From an uncultured Planctomycetota bacterium (GTDB lineage: Bacteria; Planctomycetota; Planctomycetia; Pirellulales; Lacipirellulaceae): 64,000 nucleotides of DNA. The translations under genes were made by a program, and so were the position numbers. The notes below the pieces were generated by a model. That model was given only the letters and a program-made list of their open reading frames with translations. It was not told where the DNA came from and searched no databases. Below are positions 50,295-60,321 of this stretch, in pieces; the first letter of the stretch is position 1; each line of letters opens with the position of its first letter. The stretch is taken from positions 1 to 64,000 of the forward strand of contig CAVRBU010000011.1 in the NCBI GenBank assembly GCA_963719315.1, written 5' to 3'.

Positions 50295-52121
50295 CTACTC
50301 GCCTGCGGCAATTCTACGCACGGCATCCTCCGGCAGCGGCATTTCCAACAAAATTTGGCCAAGCGCCTTGCCCTGAGCGTCGGTCCGCAATCCGCGTTTC
50401 AGCGCACCGCGAAGCACAAAATTCAAGGCGCCCAGGTTCGGCAGTTCAAACCGCTCGATAGACTCGATGCCCAGCGGCGCGAGAAAACCGGCAACGCGAT
50501 CCGCCGAGAGCCACGTTCGCAGAAACTCCCACCACGTTTCGCTGCGGGCGATTACGCCGATATTGGCACTGGTGCCTTTGTCGCCGCTGCGGGCAAGTGC
50601 GATGTCGTAAAGATGCGTCGGGCTAGCACGGGCGATCGACTGCACCGACTTTGAGTGGACGACTGGCGGCGACTTGGACGCCCCGACCGCTGCTGTCGAT
50701 CGAGCAGCACGCGATGTAGCCCGCTTGGATTCCGCGCTCTCCACAATCTCAATCTGAGGCGTGACCGCATCGCGCGCGATCAACGTCGGCCAGTAACGAA
50801 ACATCGGGTGGACGCGAGGGCGGCCTTCCGCGTAGCCGGTCGTTCCCTGTGGCCCGGCCGTGATGAGCGGCATCAGTTCGCGCGAGAAGCGTTCGACGGC
50901 TTCTCGCGAGTCCGCTTCGACAGCGACACGCAGAACGATCTCCGCGAATCGGTTGGCGTCGTCGTGGCGATTCCCAGCGATGCCAGTGGCGGCGTCGCTA
51001 CTGCCCAAACATTCGACGACGCTGTCTCGCAGGACAAAACCTGCGTCGCGAACTCGTTGCAGGACCAATTCGCCACAACGGCGGGCCTTGGTTGCCGCAT
51101 CGCGTCCGAGAATCGTGAGCGTGCCGGCCGCCCGGAAACCGTCGCGATACGTAGCGCTCACCTTATACGTCGCGGGGTGCGGCTTGCCCGTCGCACCGCT
51201 CACGCGAACGCGATCCTGGCCAAGGTCATCCATGGCGAGCGAGAGGAATGAGACGGCGACATCGGGGCTCAAATAGTTCGCCGGGTCGCCGATTTCGTAG
51301 ACGAGTTGTTCCTTCACCGTTGCCGGTGTGACGCAGCCGCCGGTGGCGCGCGGCTTGGTGACGATACAGCTTCCGTCGCTCGACACTTCAACAATGGGAA
51401 AGCCGATGTGGGAGGCATTCGACACGTCGAGCCAGTCGGTGCTGATGCCGCCCGTGCCTTGCGTGCCGCACTCGATCAAATGGCCGGCGACGGTCGCACC
51501 CGCCAATTGGTCAAAGGCGTCCTCGTTCCAGGCGAAGTGATGGATGCACGGCGCTACGACGAGTGATGGGTCGGCGACGCGGCCGGTAATTACGATGTCA
51601 GCCTCGTCGGCAAGCGCTCGCACGATCGGCGCCGCACCGAGGTACGCGTTGGCAGTAACGAGCCGGTCGCACACGTCCGCAATCGCAGTCCCCGTATCGA
51701 GATTCTTGAATGCGGATGTTTGCGCGGAGGCCGCGCTCCGAACGATTTCCAATACGTCATCTCCGGTGACGATGCCGATCTTGAGCGCGCGGCACCCGGC
51801 CTCTGCCAGCGCCCGGCGACAGGCTTCAGCGCAACCGCGCGGATTGAGGCCGCCGGCATTCGTGATGAGCCGACATCGTCCGCCGGCCGACCAGTACGGC
51901 GCGAGCGACCGGACAACTTCGATAAAGTCGCGAGCAAATCCGGTACCCGGATCACGCTCGCGCTGCATTGCGAGGATCGACATCGAGACTTCAGCCAGAT
52001 AATCGAGCGTGATGTAATCGAGCCCCGGCTCGCGGGCCAGCATCTCGGCCGCGGCCTCCGCGCGGTCGCCCCAAAACGCGTGGGCGTTGCCGATGCGGAC
52101 GGGTTGTGGAATTGAGTTCAT
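50295..52121 (-). CDS. atuA: AtuA-family (acyclic terpene utilization) protein
   Basis: AFWGD, DYLAEVSM, NAGGLNP, GRVADPS, AGHLIECG, KEQLVYEI, ARSGDKG, DAQGK. Confidence 0.9.
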   Translation of the reverse strand: MNSIPQPVRIGNAHAFWGDRAEAAAEMLAREPGLDYITLDYLAEVSMSILAMQRERDPGTGFARDFIEVVRSLAPYWSAGGRCRLITNAGGLNPRGCAEACRRALAEAGCRALKIGIVTGDDVLEIVRSAASAQTSAFKNLDTGTAIADVCDRLVTANAYLGAAPIVRALADEADIVITGRVADPSLVVAPCIHHFAWNEDAFDQLAGATVAGHLIECGTQGTGGISTDWLDVSNASHIGFPIVEVSSDGSCIVTKPRATGGCVTPATVKEQLVYEIGDPANYLSPDVAVSFLSLAMDDLGQDRVRVSGATGKPHPATYKVSATYRDGFRAAGTLTILGRDAATKARRCGELVLQRVRDAGFVLRDSVVECLGSSDAATGIAGNRHDDANRFAEIVLRVAVEADSREAVERFSRELMPLITAGPQGTTGYAEGRPRVHPMFRYWPTLIARDAVTPQIEIVESAESKRATSRAARSTAAVGASKSPPVVHSKSVQSIARASPTHLYDIALARSGDKGTSANIGVIARSETWWEFLRTWLSADRVAGFLAPLGIESIERFELPNLGALNFVLRGALKRGLRTDAQGKALGQILLEMPLPEDAVRRIAAGE

Positions 52122-52122
52122 C

Positions 52123-53712
52123 TCACACCTGCAGCGTGCCCGTGCGGAAGATTCCCTCGTAGTCTACCGGCAGCAAATCGAGCGCCGTTTGCAGCCAGAG
52201 CCGCGTTTCATGGGGACGGATGATGGCATCGACCCAGCCGCGGGCCGCGCCGTACCGGATATCCGTCTGCTCTTCGTAGCGATTGCCGATCGACTTTCGC
52301 AGTTCGGCGACTTCATCCTTAGAGAGCACCTTGCCAGATCGTTCGGCATCGCGAACGGCGAGCGCGAGGAGCGTCTCGGCCGCCTGGTCGGCGCCCATTA
52401 CGGCGTATTTGGCGCTCGGCCAGGCGAGGATCAGCGCCGGATCGTATGCTTTGCCGCAAAGCGCATAGTTTCCCGCGCCGAACGATCCACCGATCACGAC
52501 CGTGAGTTTCGGCACGATGGAGTTGCTGACCACGTTCACGAGTTTCGCGCCGGCACGAATGATGCCGGCCTGCTCAGCCTGCTTGCCGACCATGAAACCC
52601 TGCACGTCCTGGAAAAACACGATCGGCACGCGCGTCTGGTTGCAATCCATCACAAATCTGGCAGCTTTGTCGGCCGCATCGGGGTAAATGACGCCGCCGA
52701 TTTGCAATTCGCCGGTCGCGGTCCGAGAGCGTTGTTTTTGGTTGGCGACGATGCCGACCGCGTGGCCGCCGATTTTCGCGAACGCGGTCACCAGTGTTTG
52801 GCCGAACTCGGCTTTGTATTCCTGCAATGTACCGTCATCGACGATGCACTTCAGCACGTCGCGCACATCATATTCGCCGCGGCCATCGCCGGGGACCAGA
52901 TCGTAAATGCGCTCGACCGAGGAGCAATCACCGGACGTGGTTGCCGATGTCTTTTCGGCTTTCGGCAGCAGCTCGACGAGTGATCGCAATCTCCGGAGGC
53001 ACGATGGGTCATCTGGCTCGTGGAAATCAACGGTGCCGCTGATGGCCGCGTGCATGGATGCGCCGCCCAGCTCTTCCGGATCGACCGTTTGACCGATCGC
53101 GGCTTTGACGAGTGCCGGGCCTGCCAGGCACATTTGGCTACCGTCGGTCATCAGCAGTTTGTCGCACAACACGGGCAGGTAAGCGCCGCCGGCGATGCAA
53201 TTGCCCATCACGGCCGCGTATTGCGGAATGCCGGCGGCCGACAGCACGGCGTTGTTGCGAAAGATGCGTCCGAAGTCGTCTTCATCCGGGAAGATTTCGT
53301 CCTGCAGCGGCAAGAACACGCCTGCCGAATCGACCAGGTATATCACGGGCAGACGAAACTGATTGGCGATCCGCTGCGCTCGCAGAAGTTTTTTGACCGA
53401 TTGCGGGAACATCGCGCCGGCCTTCACGGTCGCGTCGTTCGCGGCGACGAGGCATGGGCGCCCGCTGACCCAACCGATGCCGGCTACGATGCCGGCAGCC
53501 GGCACGTTGCCCCACTCGGAATACATGTTGTACGCCGCCCAGATGCCGAGCTCAAAGAACGGTCGGCCTTCATCGAGAAGAGCGGCGAGGCGCTCGCGAA
53601 CGGGCAGGCGCCCCAGTCGCCGCTGCCGTTCTTGACCTTCTGTCCGTCCGTCCGCTCGAAGAGTTTCCTCTTGGCGAAACAGTTCATCGGTGATGTCTTG
53701 CAGGGATGACAA
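52123..53712 (-). CDS. Acyl-CoA carboxylase beta (carboxyltransferase) subunit, MCC/GCC type
   Basis: ANDATVKAG, VDSAGVFLPLQ, CIAGGAY, GFMVG, GGSFGAGNYALCG. Confidence 0.92.
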   Translation of the reverse strand: MSSLQDITDELFRQEETLRADGRTEGQERQRRLGRLPVRERLAALLDEGRPFFELGIWAAYNMYSEWGNVPAAGIVAGIGWVSGRPCLVAANDATVKAGAMFPQSVKKLLRAQRIANQFRLPVIYLVDSAGVFLPLQDEIFPDEDDFGRIFRNNAVLSAAGIPQYAAVMGNCIAGGAYLPVLCDKLLMTDGSQMCLAGPALVKAAIGQTVDPEELGGASMHAAISGTVDFHEPDDPSCLRRLRSLVELLPKAEKTSATTSGDCSSVERIYDLVPGDGRGEYDVRDVLKCIVDDGTLQEYKAEFGQTLVTAFAKIGGHAVGIVANQKQRSRTATGELQIGGVIYPDAADKAARFVMDCNQTRVPIVFFQDVQGFMVGKQAEQAGIIRAGAKLVNVVSNSIVPKLTVVIGGSFGAGNYALCGKAYDPALILAWPSAKYAVMGADQAAETLLALAVRDAERSGKVLSKDEVAELRKSIGNRYEEQTDIRYGAARGWVDAIIRPHETRLWLQTALDLLPVDYEGIFRTGTLQV

Positions 53713-53772
53713 TGGTTTTCTCGATTACGTCTCCGACTTCAAGCAGAAAGCGGTTTTCGCTGAGGCGCGGGT

Positions 53773-54543
53773 TCAGCGTCTCTGTGCGAGACTTTCGCTC
53801 ACAGCTTCAACTACGCGGCACAGTTCGTCAATTCCCTGGTTGCGCGCGATTGATGTCTTCACAACGGGAGTCGTCGGCCCTTTTAAGTTCTGAAATTGAT
53901 GCGTAACATCCGCGATGGTCTGTTCAGCGCCGGACAAATCGGCTTTGTTCACGACCACAATGTCGGCGATTTCCAAAACCCCGGCCTTTTCCCATTGCAA
54001 TTCGTCGCCAGTCTGTGGTTGCAGCACGAGTATGACGATGTCGGCGAATGAGCGAACGGCAATATCGCCTTGGCCTGCCCCTACAGTTTCGACGAAGATT
54101 CGATCGAACGTGAACGCTTTCATGACATTCAGCATCGGCCCAATGTTTTTTGCGAGGCCTTGCTGTCCGGCGGGCGTGGAAAGACTGCGGATGAAGATCT
54201 GTTCCGACGCCGATGTGCCGGCGATGCGACAGCGGTCGCCGAGCAGTGCGCCGCCCGTCACGGGGCTTTCGGGATCGCAAGCCAGCACGCCAATTCGTTC
54301 GCTGCGACTAGCAAAATGCGCCACGAAAGCGCCGAGCAGGCTGCTCTTTCCCACGCCGCCGCCGCCAGTCAGCGCGACGACGGGCGCGGCGCATTTCGGA
54401 AGGGAAGCTAGCGCGGTCGCCAACGCTTCAATCTCTTGCCCCGACGCAGCCAGCGTCAGTAGCCGCGATAGCGCTGCGCGACTTCCGTCTTTGAGCTGAC
54501 TGACGAGCGTCGCGATGTCGCTGTTGTGATTGTTCGGCCGCAT
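53773..54543 (-). CDS. meaB: MeaB/ArgK-family GTPase chaperone (short form)
   Basis: GGGGVGKSS, DPESPVTGGALLGDR, FIRS, ETVGAGQ, VVNKAD. Confidence 0.88.
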   Translation of the reverse strand: MRPNNHNSDIATLVSQLKDGSRAALSRLLTLAASGQEIEALATALASLPKCAAPVVALTGGGGVGKSSLLGAFVAHFASRSERIGVLACDPESPVTGGALLGDRCRIAGTSASEQIFIRSLSTPAGQQGLAKNIGPMLNVMKAFTFDRIFVETVGAGQGDIAVRSFADIVILVLQPQTGDELQWEKAGVLEIADIVVVNKADLSGAEQTIADVTHQFQNLKGPTTPVVKTSIARNQGIDELCRVVEAVSESLAQRR

Positions 54544-54568
54544 GACTGCGCATTAGATCATCAAGTTG

Positions 54569-54970
54569 CTACCGCTCGCGGCTCGATAGGAATTCAACGA
54601 TCGACTCGATCGACACGCCGGAACCAAAACATTCGGCCACGCCCATTTGCTTAAGTGTCGCCTGATCTGCCGGCGACATAATTCCGCCGACGATCACGCC
54701 GACTTGCGTCAGGCCTCGATCACGGAGGGCGGCGAGCACTTGCGGCACGAGCGTTATGTGGGCACCATTGAGGATGCTGATGCCGAGCCAATCCACGTCC
54801 TCGTCTTGTGCCGCTTGCGCCACCGATTCCACCTTCTGCCACAACCCGCTGTAGATCACGTGAAACCCGGCGTCGCGCAAACCGCGGGCGACGACTTTGA
54901 CGCCCCGATCGTGACCATCGAGGCCGACTTTGGCCAGGAGTACACGTTGCGGAATCGGTCGTTCATTCAT
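54569..54970 (-). CDS. Cobalamin-binding small subunit of acyl-CoA mutase
   Basis: KVGLDGHDRG (DxHxxG), GISILNGAH, VGGI. Confidence 0.93.
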   Translation of the reverse strand: MNERPIPQRVLLAKVGLDGHDRGVKVVARGLRDAGFHVIYSGLWQKVESVAQAAQDEDVDWLGISILNGAHITLVPQVLAALRDRGLTQVGVIVGGIMSPADQATLKQMGVAECFGSGVSIESIVEFLSSRER

Positions 54971-54978
54971 AGCCAACC

Positions 54979-56571
54979 TCACCACGCGGCCGACGGTCGA
55001 AAGCGGCCCAGCACTTCGGCGAGCGCATCCATACATTCTTGCACAGTGACGCGCCTATCGGCGGCGTCCACTAACGCGTGCATGACGTTGTTACCCACTG
55101 CCGCAGTATTTTGCACACGGTCGAGCGCCGCCGAAACGCTGTCCTCGCTGCGGCTAGTTTTGATTTCACGGAGCGATTCGAGCTGCGCCGATTCAATCGT
55201 TGGGTCCACTTCCATGATCGGAATGGAGTCGTCTGCCGCCTGAGTAAACGCGTTTACGCCGACGATCAACTTTTCGCCCGCATCGATCGCCCGCTGTTGG
55301 GCGAAGGCGGCGTCGGCAATCTGGCGGCGAAAGTAGCCGTTCTCGATCGCGGCGATCATGCCGCCCTGCCCTTCGATGGCGCGGAAATAAGCCTGGGCTT
55401 CGTCCTTCATTCGTTGGGTGAGCGTTTCGATGAAGTAGCTTCCCCCCAGCGGGTCCACGGTGTTCGTCACACCCGTTTCGTAAGCCAACACTTGCTGCGT
55501 TCGCAAGGCGAGCGTCGCCGCATGTTCGCTAGGCAGGGCCAGCGTCTCATCCATTGAATTGGTGTGAAGTGACTGGCAGCCGCCCAACACGGCCGCGAGT
55601 GCTTGATAGGCGACACGCGTCAGATTCACTTGCGGCTGCGCGGCTTGCAAGGTGCAGCCGGCCGTTTGAGCGTGAAACCGCAGCTTCCACGAAGCGGCGG
55701 CCTTCGCCCCGTATTGGTCGCGCATTAATTCGGCCCACAGTGCGCGGGCGGCGCGGTATTTGGCCACCTCCTCGAACAGGTCGTTGTGCGCATTGAAGAA
55801 AAAACTTAGCCGCGGCGCGAATCGATCAACGTCCAAGCCGCGAGCCACGCATTGTTCGACGTAGTGCCGGCCATCCGCCAATGTAAACGCGAGTTCCTGA
55901 CCCGCGGTCGAGCCGGCTTCGCGAATGTGGTAGCCGCTCACACTGACCGTATTCCACTTCGGCACGTGCTCGGTGCAGAACTCGATCAGGTCGACCACCA
56001 ACCGCACCGAAGGCTCCGGCGGAAACACGACCTCGTTCTGGGCGTGAAACTCCTTCAAAATGTCGTTTTGAATCGTGCCCTGCAAACCCCGCCAATCGAT
56101 ACCGCGGGCACGGGCGGCCGCCAAGTAAAACGCCATCACGACGATGGCCGGCGCGTTGATCGTCATCGATACCGATACGCGACCCAAGTCGATTTCGTCG
56201 AACAGCGCGAGCATATCGTCGATCGTGTCGATTGCAACGCCCAGTCGGCCGACTTCACCTGCCGAGCGCGGGTCGTCGCTGTCGAGGCCCATCAGTGTTG
56301 GCAGGTCGAACGCAGTGCTCAGTCCTGTTTGCCCTTGCTCGAGCAGAAAGCGAAACCGCCGATTCGTATCTGCCGCTCGGCCGAATCCGGCGAACTGCCG
56401 CATCGTCCACAGCCGCTGGCGGTACATCGCCTCGTGGATGCCGCGCGTGAACGGAAACTGGCCCGGCCGGCCGAGGTCGCGATCCGCGTCGAGACCGCCG
56501 AGATCCGCGGCAGTGTAGAGGGCGTTGACAGGAACGCCGCTGACGGTCGTTTGTGACGATGGCTTGTTCAT
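54979..56571 (-). CDS. B12-dependent acyl-CoA mutase large subunit, isobutyryl-CoA-mutase-like
   Basis: PFTRG, WTMRQFAGFG, QNDILKEFHAQN, SGYHIRE, QSLHTN, DPLGGSY. Confidence 0.9.
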   Translation of the reverse strand: MNKPSSQTTVSGVPVNALYTAADLGGLDADRDLGRPGQFPFTRGIHEAMYRQRLWTMRQFAGFGRAADTNRRFRFLLEQGQTGLSTAFDLPTLMGLDSDDPRSAGEVGRLGVAIDTIDDMLALFDEIDLGRVSVSMTINAPAIVVMAFYLAAARARGIDWRGLQGTIQNDILKEFHAQNEVVFPPEPSVRLVVDLIEFCTEHVPKWNTVSVSGYHIREAGSTAGQELAFTLADGRHYVEQCVARGLDVDRFAPRLSFFFNAHNDLFEEVAKYRAARALWAELMRDQYGAKAAASWKLRFHAQTAGCTLQAAQPQVNLTRVAYQALAAVLGGCQSLHTNSMDETLALPSEHAATLALRTQQVLAYETGVTNTVDPLGGSYFIETLTQRMKDEAQAYFRAIEGQGGMIAAIENGYFRRQIADAAFAQQRAIDAGEKLIVGVNAFTQAADDSIPIMEVDPTIESAQLESLREIKTSRSEDSVSAALDRVQNTAAVGNNVMHALVDAADRRVTVQECMDALAEVLGRFRPSAAW

Positions 56572-56810
56572 GTCCGGCAATTGTGGGTGTGGCTGCAAGC
56601 GGCGCGTGCGGCCAATATCAAGTATCTCATTCTACGCAACAAGACGAGTTCCGAAGCGGGGACTACTTCATGGCGGCGCGGCGACTTCCGGAGCTTTTTC
56701 GCGAAATCGGCGCCATTCGTGTAACACCGGCGCTATGCGCCGTATTCGACAGAGTCGGCGTATCGCCCTTTCGTCGAACTCAAACCCCTTCCTAAAAGCA
56801 GGAACAAATC

Positions 56811-57557
56811 ATGGACTTCATCGTTCAATTCAAGGACATCGTCAAACGCTATGGCGAGTTTGAGGCCGTGCGCGGTCTTTCGCTGAACATTCCCGCGGGC
56901 GGGATTTTTGCCTTACTGGGACCCAATGGCGCCGGCAAAACCACGCTCATCAAGATGCTCATGGGCATGCTCCGAGCCACGAGCGGCGAGCTTATGGTGG
57001 GCGGATTGTGCGCATTTGACCAAGGTGTGGAAGTCAAGCGACTCGTCGGCTATTTGCCCGACGAGCCGGTGTTCTACGACTTCATGCGTGGCCGCGACAT
57101 CATTCGATTCGTCGGCGAGATGCACGGCCTCGATGGCGCGACGATCGCAGCCCGCAGCGCCACGCTGGCCGAGCGGTTGTCGCTGGCCGACGCCATGGAA
57201 GAGTTTGCCGAGAATTATTCGCGCGGTATGAAGAAAAAGCTGGGCCTGATGTGCGCCTTGCTGCACGAGCCAGCCCTGGTTGTACTCGATGAGCCGACGA
57301 ACGGGCTCGACCCGCACGGAACGATGGTGCTGCATGACTTGATGCGGGACATCGTCGAGGCAGGGCGGACGGTTTTATTCTCGACGCACTTGTTGGACCA
57401 GGCCGAGCGGCTCTGCAATCGTGTGGCCGTCATCAATCACGGACAACTGGCCGCCGAAGGCACGCTAGCCGAGCTGCAAAGCCGGTTCGGCGCGAGCGAA
57501 AGCTTGGAGTCCCTGTTCTTTCGTCTTACCGAACCAGCCACCGAAAACGCGGCCTAG
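56811..57557 (+). CDS. ABC-2 type exporter ATP-binding protein
   Basis: GPNGAGKT, YSRGM, LDEPTNGLDP, STH. Confidence 0.95.
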   Translation: MDFIVQFKDIVKRYGEFEAVRGLSLNIPAGGIFALLGPNGAGKTTLIKMLMGMLRATSGELMVGGLCAFDQGVEVKRLVGYLPDEPVFYDFMRGRDIIRFVGEMHGLDGATIAARSATLAERLSLADAMEEFAENYSRGMKKKLGLMCALLHEPALVVLDEPTNGLDPHGTMVLHDLMRDIVEAGRTVLFSTHLLDQAERLCNRVAVINHGQLAAEGTLAELQSRFGASESLESLFFRLTEPATENAA

Positions 57558-57591
57558 CACAGCGAAGCCGTTTTTGCGAGGAACCCCAACC

Positions 57592-60144
57592 GTGACCCAG
57601 AAATCAACACTCTCGACCTTCATACTGTTCGGACGCACTTCTTTGCGGCGATTGATCAATCGCAGTGCGGCAATGAAGTTTTCAATCTTGAAGAAGAAAT
57701 CGCCGGACTCGAGTGATGTGCCCGTGCGAACGGCCACGCGGCACCGGTCCGATCGGACGTCGCTCCTGCGGCGGCTAGCCGGGATGTGGTTGCCGATCAT
57801 GGCGCTGGTGGGCATGGTGGGCTTAAGTTTCAACTCGATGTTCGTCATCTTGGGTTCGGTGAGCTTGGAGGAATCGCGCGCGGCCGCAGTCTTGCATATT
57901 TCGCCAGATAGTTATGCACAGCTCAAGAAAGCGGTGTCGGTTGCCGGCAAGGACGGGCAGGCGACTGCCTTCGATGAGGCATTGAACTCAGCTTTTTCCA
58001 GTACGGCAGCTTGGCAAACGAGCGTAGGTGTGCAGCTTGCCAAAGGGCGGTTCGACGAAAAAGGACTGGCCGCCTTCGCCCCGCAGGCCGCAGATTCGCG
58101 GTGGAGCGGCACGCTGGCTTACTTGTCGCCGGAGGGGCGCATTCGAGGAATGCAGGCGGTGGGCATTTACGTGGCCTTTGTCAACCTCGCCATGTGCTGT
58201 GTCGCCTTTGGCTTGATGAGCAAAAACCTATCGGGCGTCGATCTAACATTGATGTGGCTTTGGCAGTTTCCCGTATCGCGCGGTGTGCTATTCTCGTCCA
58301 AGCTGATCGAGTGCGTGTTCGATACACCGACGGTGGCGGTGGTTGCGCTCTTCTATGCGGTCGCGGTCTGGATCTGCGGCGCGTCGTTCTTCGCGGGGCT
58401 AGGCGTTGGCGCTTTGCTCGGCATATCGGCCGGGTTGACCGCGGCCGCTCTGCGGCTGGGGGCGGAAACGTTCATGACTCAGCGGCTTGGCCGTCGGACC
58501 CGCGGCGCGATCGTCGCCGGCTTGGCGGCGGTCGGCAGCACCTCGATGCTCCTCGCCATGATCGGCAGCAATTCCCAATTCGTCGTCGAGTCATTCATCA
58601 AGCTGGCAAACGCCCTGCCGGCGGCGTGCTCTTGGAACCCGTTCTCCGCCGGCATCGGCAGCGCGTCGATGCTCAATCAAGATTCGGCCTGGTGGCTAGC
58701 CGCTCCGGCCATGGCTGCGACGCTCGCCGCACTAGCCGTGCTATTCGCTGTGCGACTGACGGCCGGCGGCTTGTACTGTGCACAGGATTCGGTGCGTGGC
58801 AGCAAGCCATCGACGACCGGTGCTGAGTCGCGACGGACTCACTTGAGCACGGTCGCATGGAAAGAGTTGCTGCAAATGCGCCGCCAGCCAGAAGTCTTAG
58901 GGCAGGTGCTCGCCACGCCAATCGGAATCGGTTTGCTGCTTTACATCTCCGGCTATGGAAACGTCTTAAGTCTGGCGACCAAAGGGGGCGCGAACATTTC
59001 GGTGGCGATTCTGGCCGGCGTCTCGTACATGCTGATGATCGCCGCGTCGCAAATGCTGTCGAGCGAATTCAAAACGCTGTGGTTGATGCAATGTCAACCA
59101 CGACCGCTGGCCGACGTGGTTCGAAGCAAAGCCCGCGTCTGGGCCGCGATCGCCCTCTCGATGAGCGTGCCGTTCATCGGTGGCGCGATTGCTTTGCTGC
59201 CGAGTGAAGCGGCGTCGATCCTCGTTCGCGTTCCATTTCTGCTTGCCGCATTGTGGCTGCTCTCGGAGCTGGTGTTTGGACTGACTGCACTCGCCGCGAG
59301 TGTTACCAACGAGCAAACGGTCCGCTTTCGCCGCGGCGCCCTGCTGCCGGCGCTGGTGGTGAGCGACTTGTCGCTGGCAATTTACAGCCAGAACTGGTGG
59401 CAGCAATTGGGGGCGCTGGCGACGCTGGCAATTCTGAACGCGGCGGTCCGCGCACGGCAACTTGACGAACTCGAGTGGCTCAGCGAACCGGTCGAGACGC
59501 CACCGAAAAAGCTCTATCCGATGCATGCCGTGTTGACAATCGTGGGCTTCCGGGCCTTGCAGGTCGCCATTACCGGGGCATTCATCGGACGGACCGACTT
59601 AAGCGCGTCGGCGATTGTGGCCATTTCGTACTGCGTCGCCGCGATCGTCGTGAGCTCGATCTGCTGGACGTGGATGTCGCAAAATCGCTTGACCATGCCC
59701 AAGCTGGCGCGGGGCCCGGCGTTGCGTCCGATTTGCCTGGGACTGCTGACTACCTGCACGATTGGATTCGCGGTGACGATGTGCTTCCGTTGGTGGAATA
59801 TCGACTCTCGGCTGCCGGCGTATGCAATCAATGGTGTGCTCCAGAGCGCAGCGTACGACAAGTGGTGCCTCTTCGGGCTGTGGGTCGTGGCCGCTCCGCT
59901 CTTCGAGGAATGGATCATCCGCGGCTTGTTGTACAAAAGTCTGCGTCGCAATTGGGGCATCGGCCTGAGCGTGGCACTCTCAGCCATCCTCTTTGCCACG
60001 CTCCATCCGGCGGGCGGCTGCATCGCACTGCTAACGCTCGGTACGATGACCGCCCTGGCCGTGGAAAAGACAGGCCGCCTGTGGCCGTCGATTACAATCC
60101 ACGCCGGCTACAATTTCATGATCTGGATCCTGTGGACAACGTGA
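57592..60144 (+). CDS. ABC exporter permease fused to a C-terminal CPBP (Abi/CAAX-like) intramembrane protease
   Basis: Many TM segments, WKELLQMRR; C-terminal EEWIIRG, FATLH, HAGYN. Confidence 0.82.
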   Translation: MTQKSTLSTFILFGRTSLRRLINRSAAMKFSILKKKSPDSSDVPVRTATRHRSDRTSLLRRLAGMWLPIMALVGMVGLSFNSMFVILGSVSLEESRAAAVLHISPDSYAQLKKAVSVAGKDGQATAFDEALNSAFSSTAAWQTSVGVQLAKGRFDEKGLAAFAPQAADSRWSGTLAYLSPEGRIRGMQAVGIYVAFVNLAMCCVAFGLMSKNLSGVDLTLMWLWQFPVSRGVLFSSKLIECVFDTPTVAVVALFYAVAVWICGASFFAGLGVGALLGISAGLTAAALRLGAETFMTQRLGRRTRGAIVAGLAAVGSTSMLLAMIGSNSQFVVESFIKLANALPAACSWNPFSAGIGSASMLNQDSAWWLAAPAMAATLAALAVLFAVRLTAGGLYCAQDSVRGSKPSTTGAESRRTHLSTVAWKELLQMRRQPEVLGQVLATPIGIGLLLYISGYGNVLSLATKGGANISVAILAGVSYMLMIAASQMLSSEFKTLWLMQCQPRPLADVVRSKARVWAAIALSMSVPFIGGAIALLPSEAASILVRVPFLLAALWLLSELVFGLTALAASVTNEQTVRFRRGALLPALVVSDLSLAIYSQNWWQQLGALATLAILNAAVRARQLDELEWLSEPVETPPKKLYPMHAVLTIVGFRALQVAITGAFIGRTDLSASAIVAISYCVAAIVVSSICWTWMSQNRLTMPKLARGPALRPICLGLLTTCTIGFAVTMCFRWWNIDSRLPAYAINGVLQSAAYDKWCLFGLWVVAAPLFEEWIIRGLLYKSLRRNWGIGLSVALSAILFATLHPAGGCIALLTLGTMTALAVEKTGRLWPSITIHAGYNFMIWILWTT

Positions 60145-60190
60145 GATGCGCGAGAGAAATAATGGGGCCGAACGGCTCATAGAAAACATC

Positions 60191-60264
60191 TGTGGGAAGC
60201 TCTTGGAGGCCGATGTCGTGTTCCATTTTTCGACGTAAATCGGCGTCCGAGTCGCCCTCCCACA
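60191..60264. repeat. REP-like doublet TGTGGGA...TCCCACA
   Basis: Imperfect inverted repeat; a related half copy occurs near 63027. Confidence 0.6.
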
Positions 60265-60321
60265 AATAGGGATGGATGTTTCTTAACTCGACCAATGCGC
60301 CATCCGTCTATTTCTCAGTAA

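Noticed and set aside
54979..56571. Annotation as methylmalonyl-CoA mutase
   Set aside because: It has Phe and Gln where MCM has the Tyr and Arg needed for carboxylate binding.
56575..56810. Cobalamin riboswitch upstream of the mutase operon
   Set aside because: I could not identify the conserved B12-box or core elements by eye; an Rfam search would settle it.
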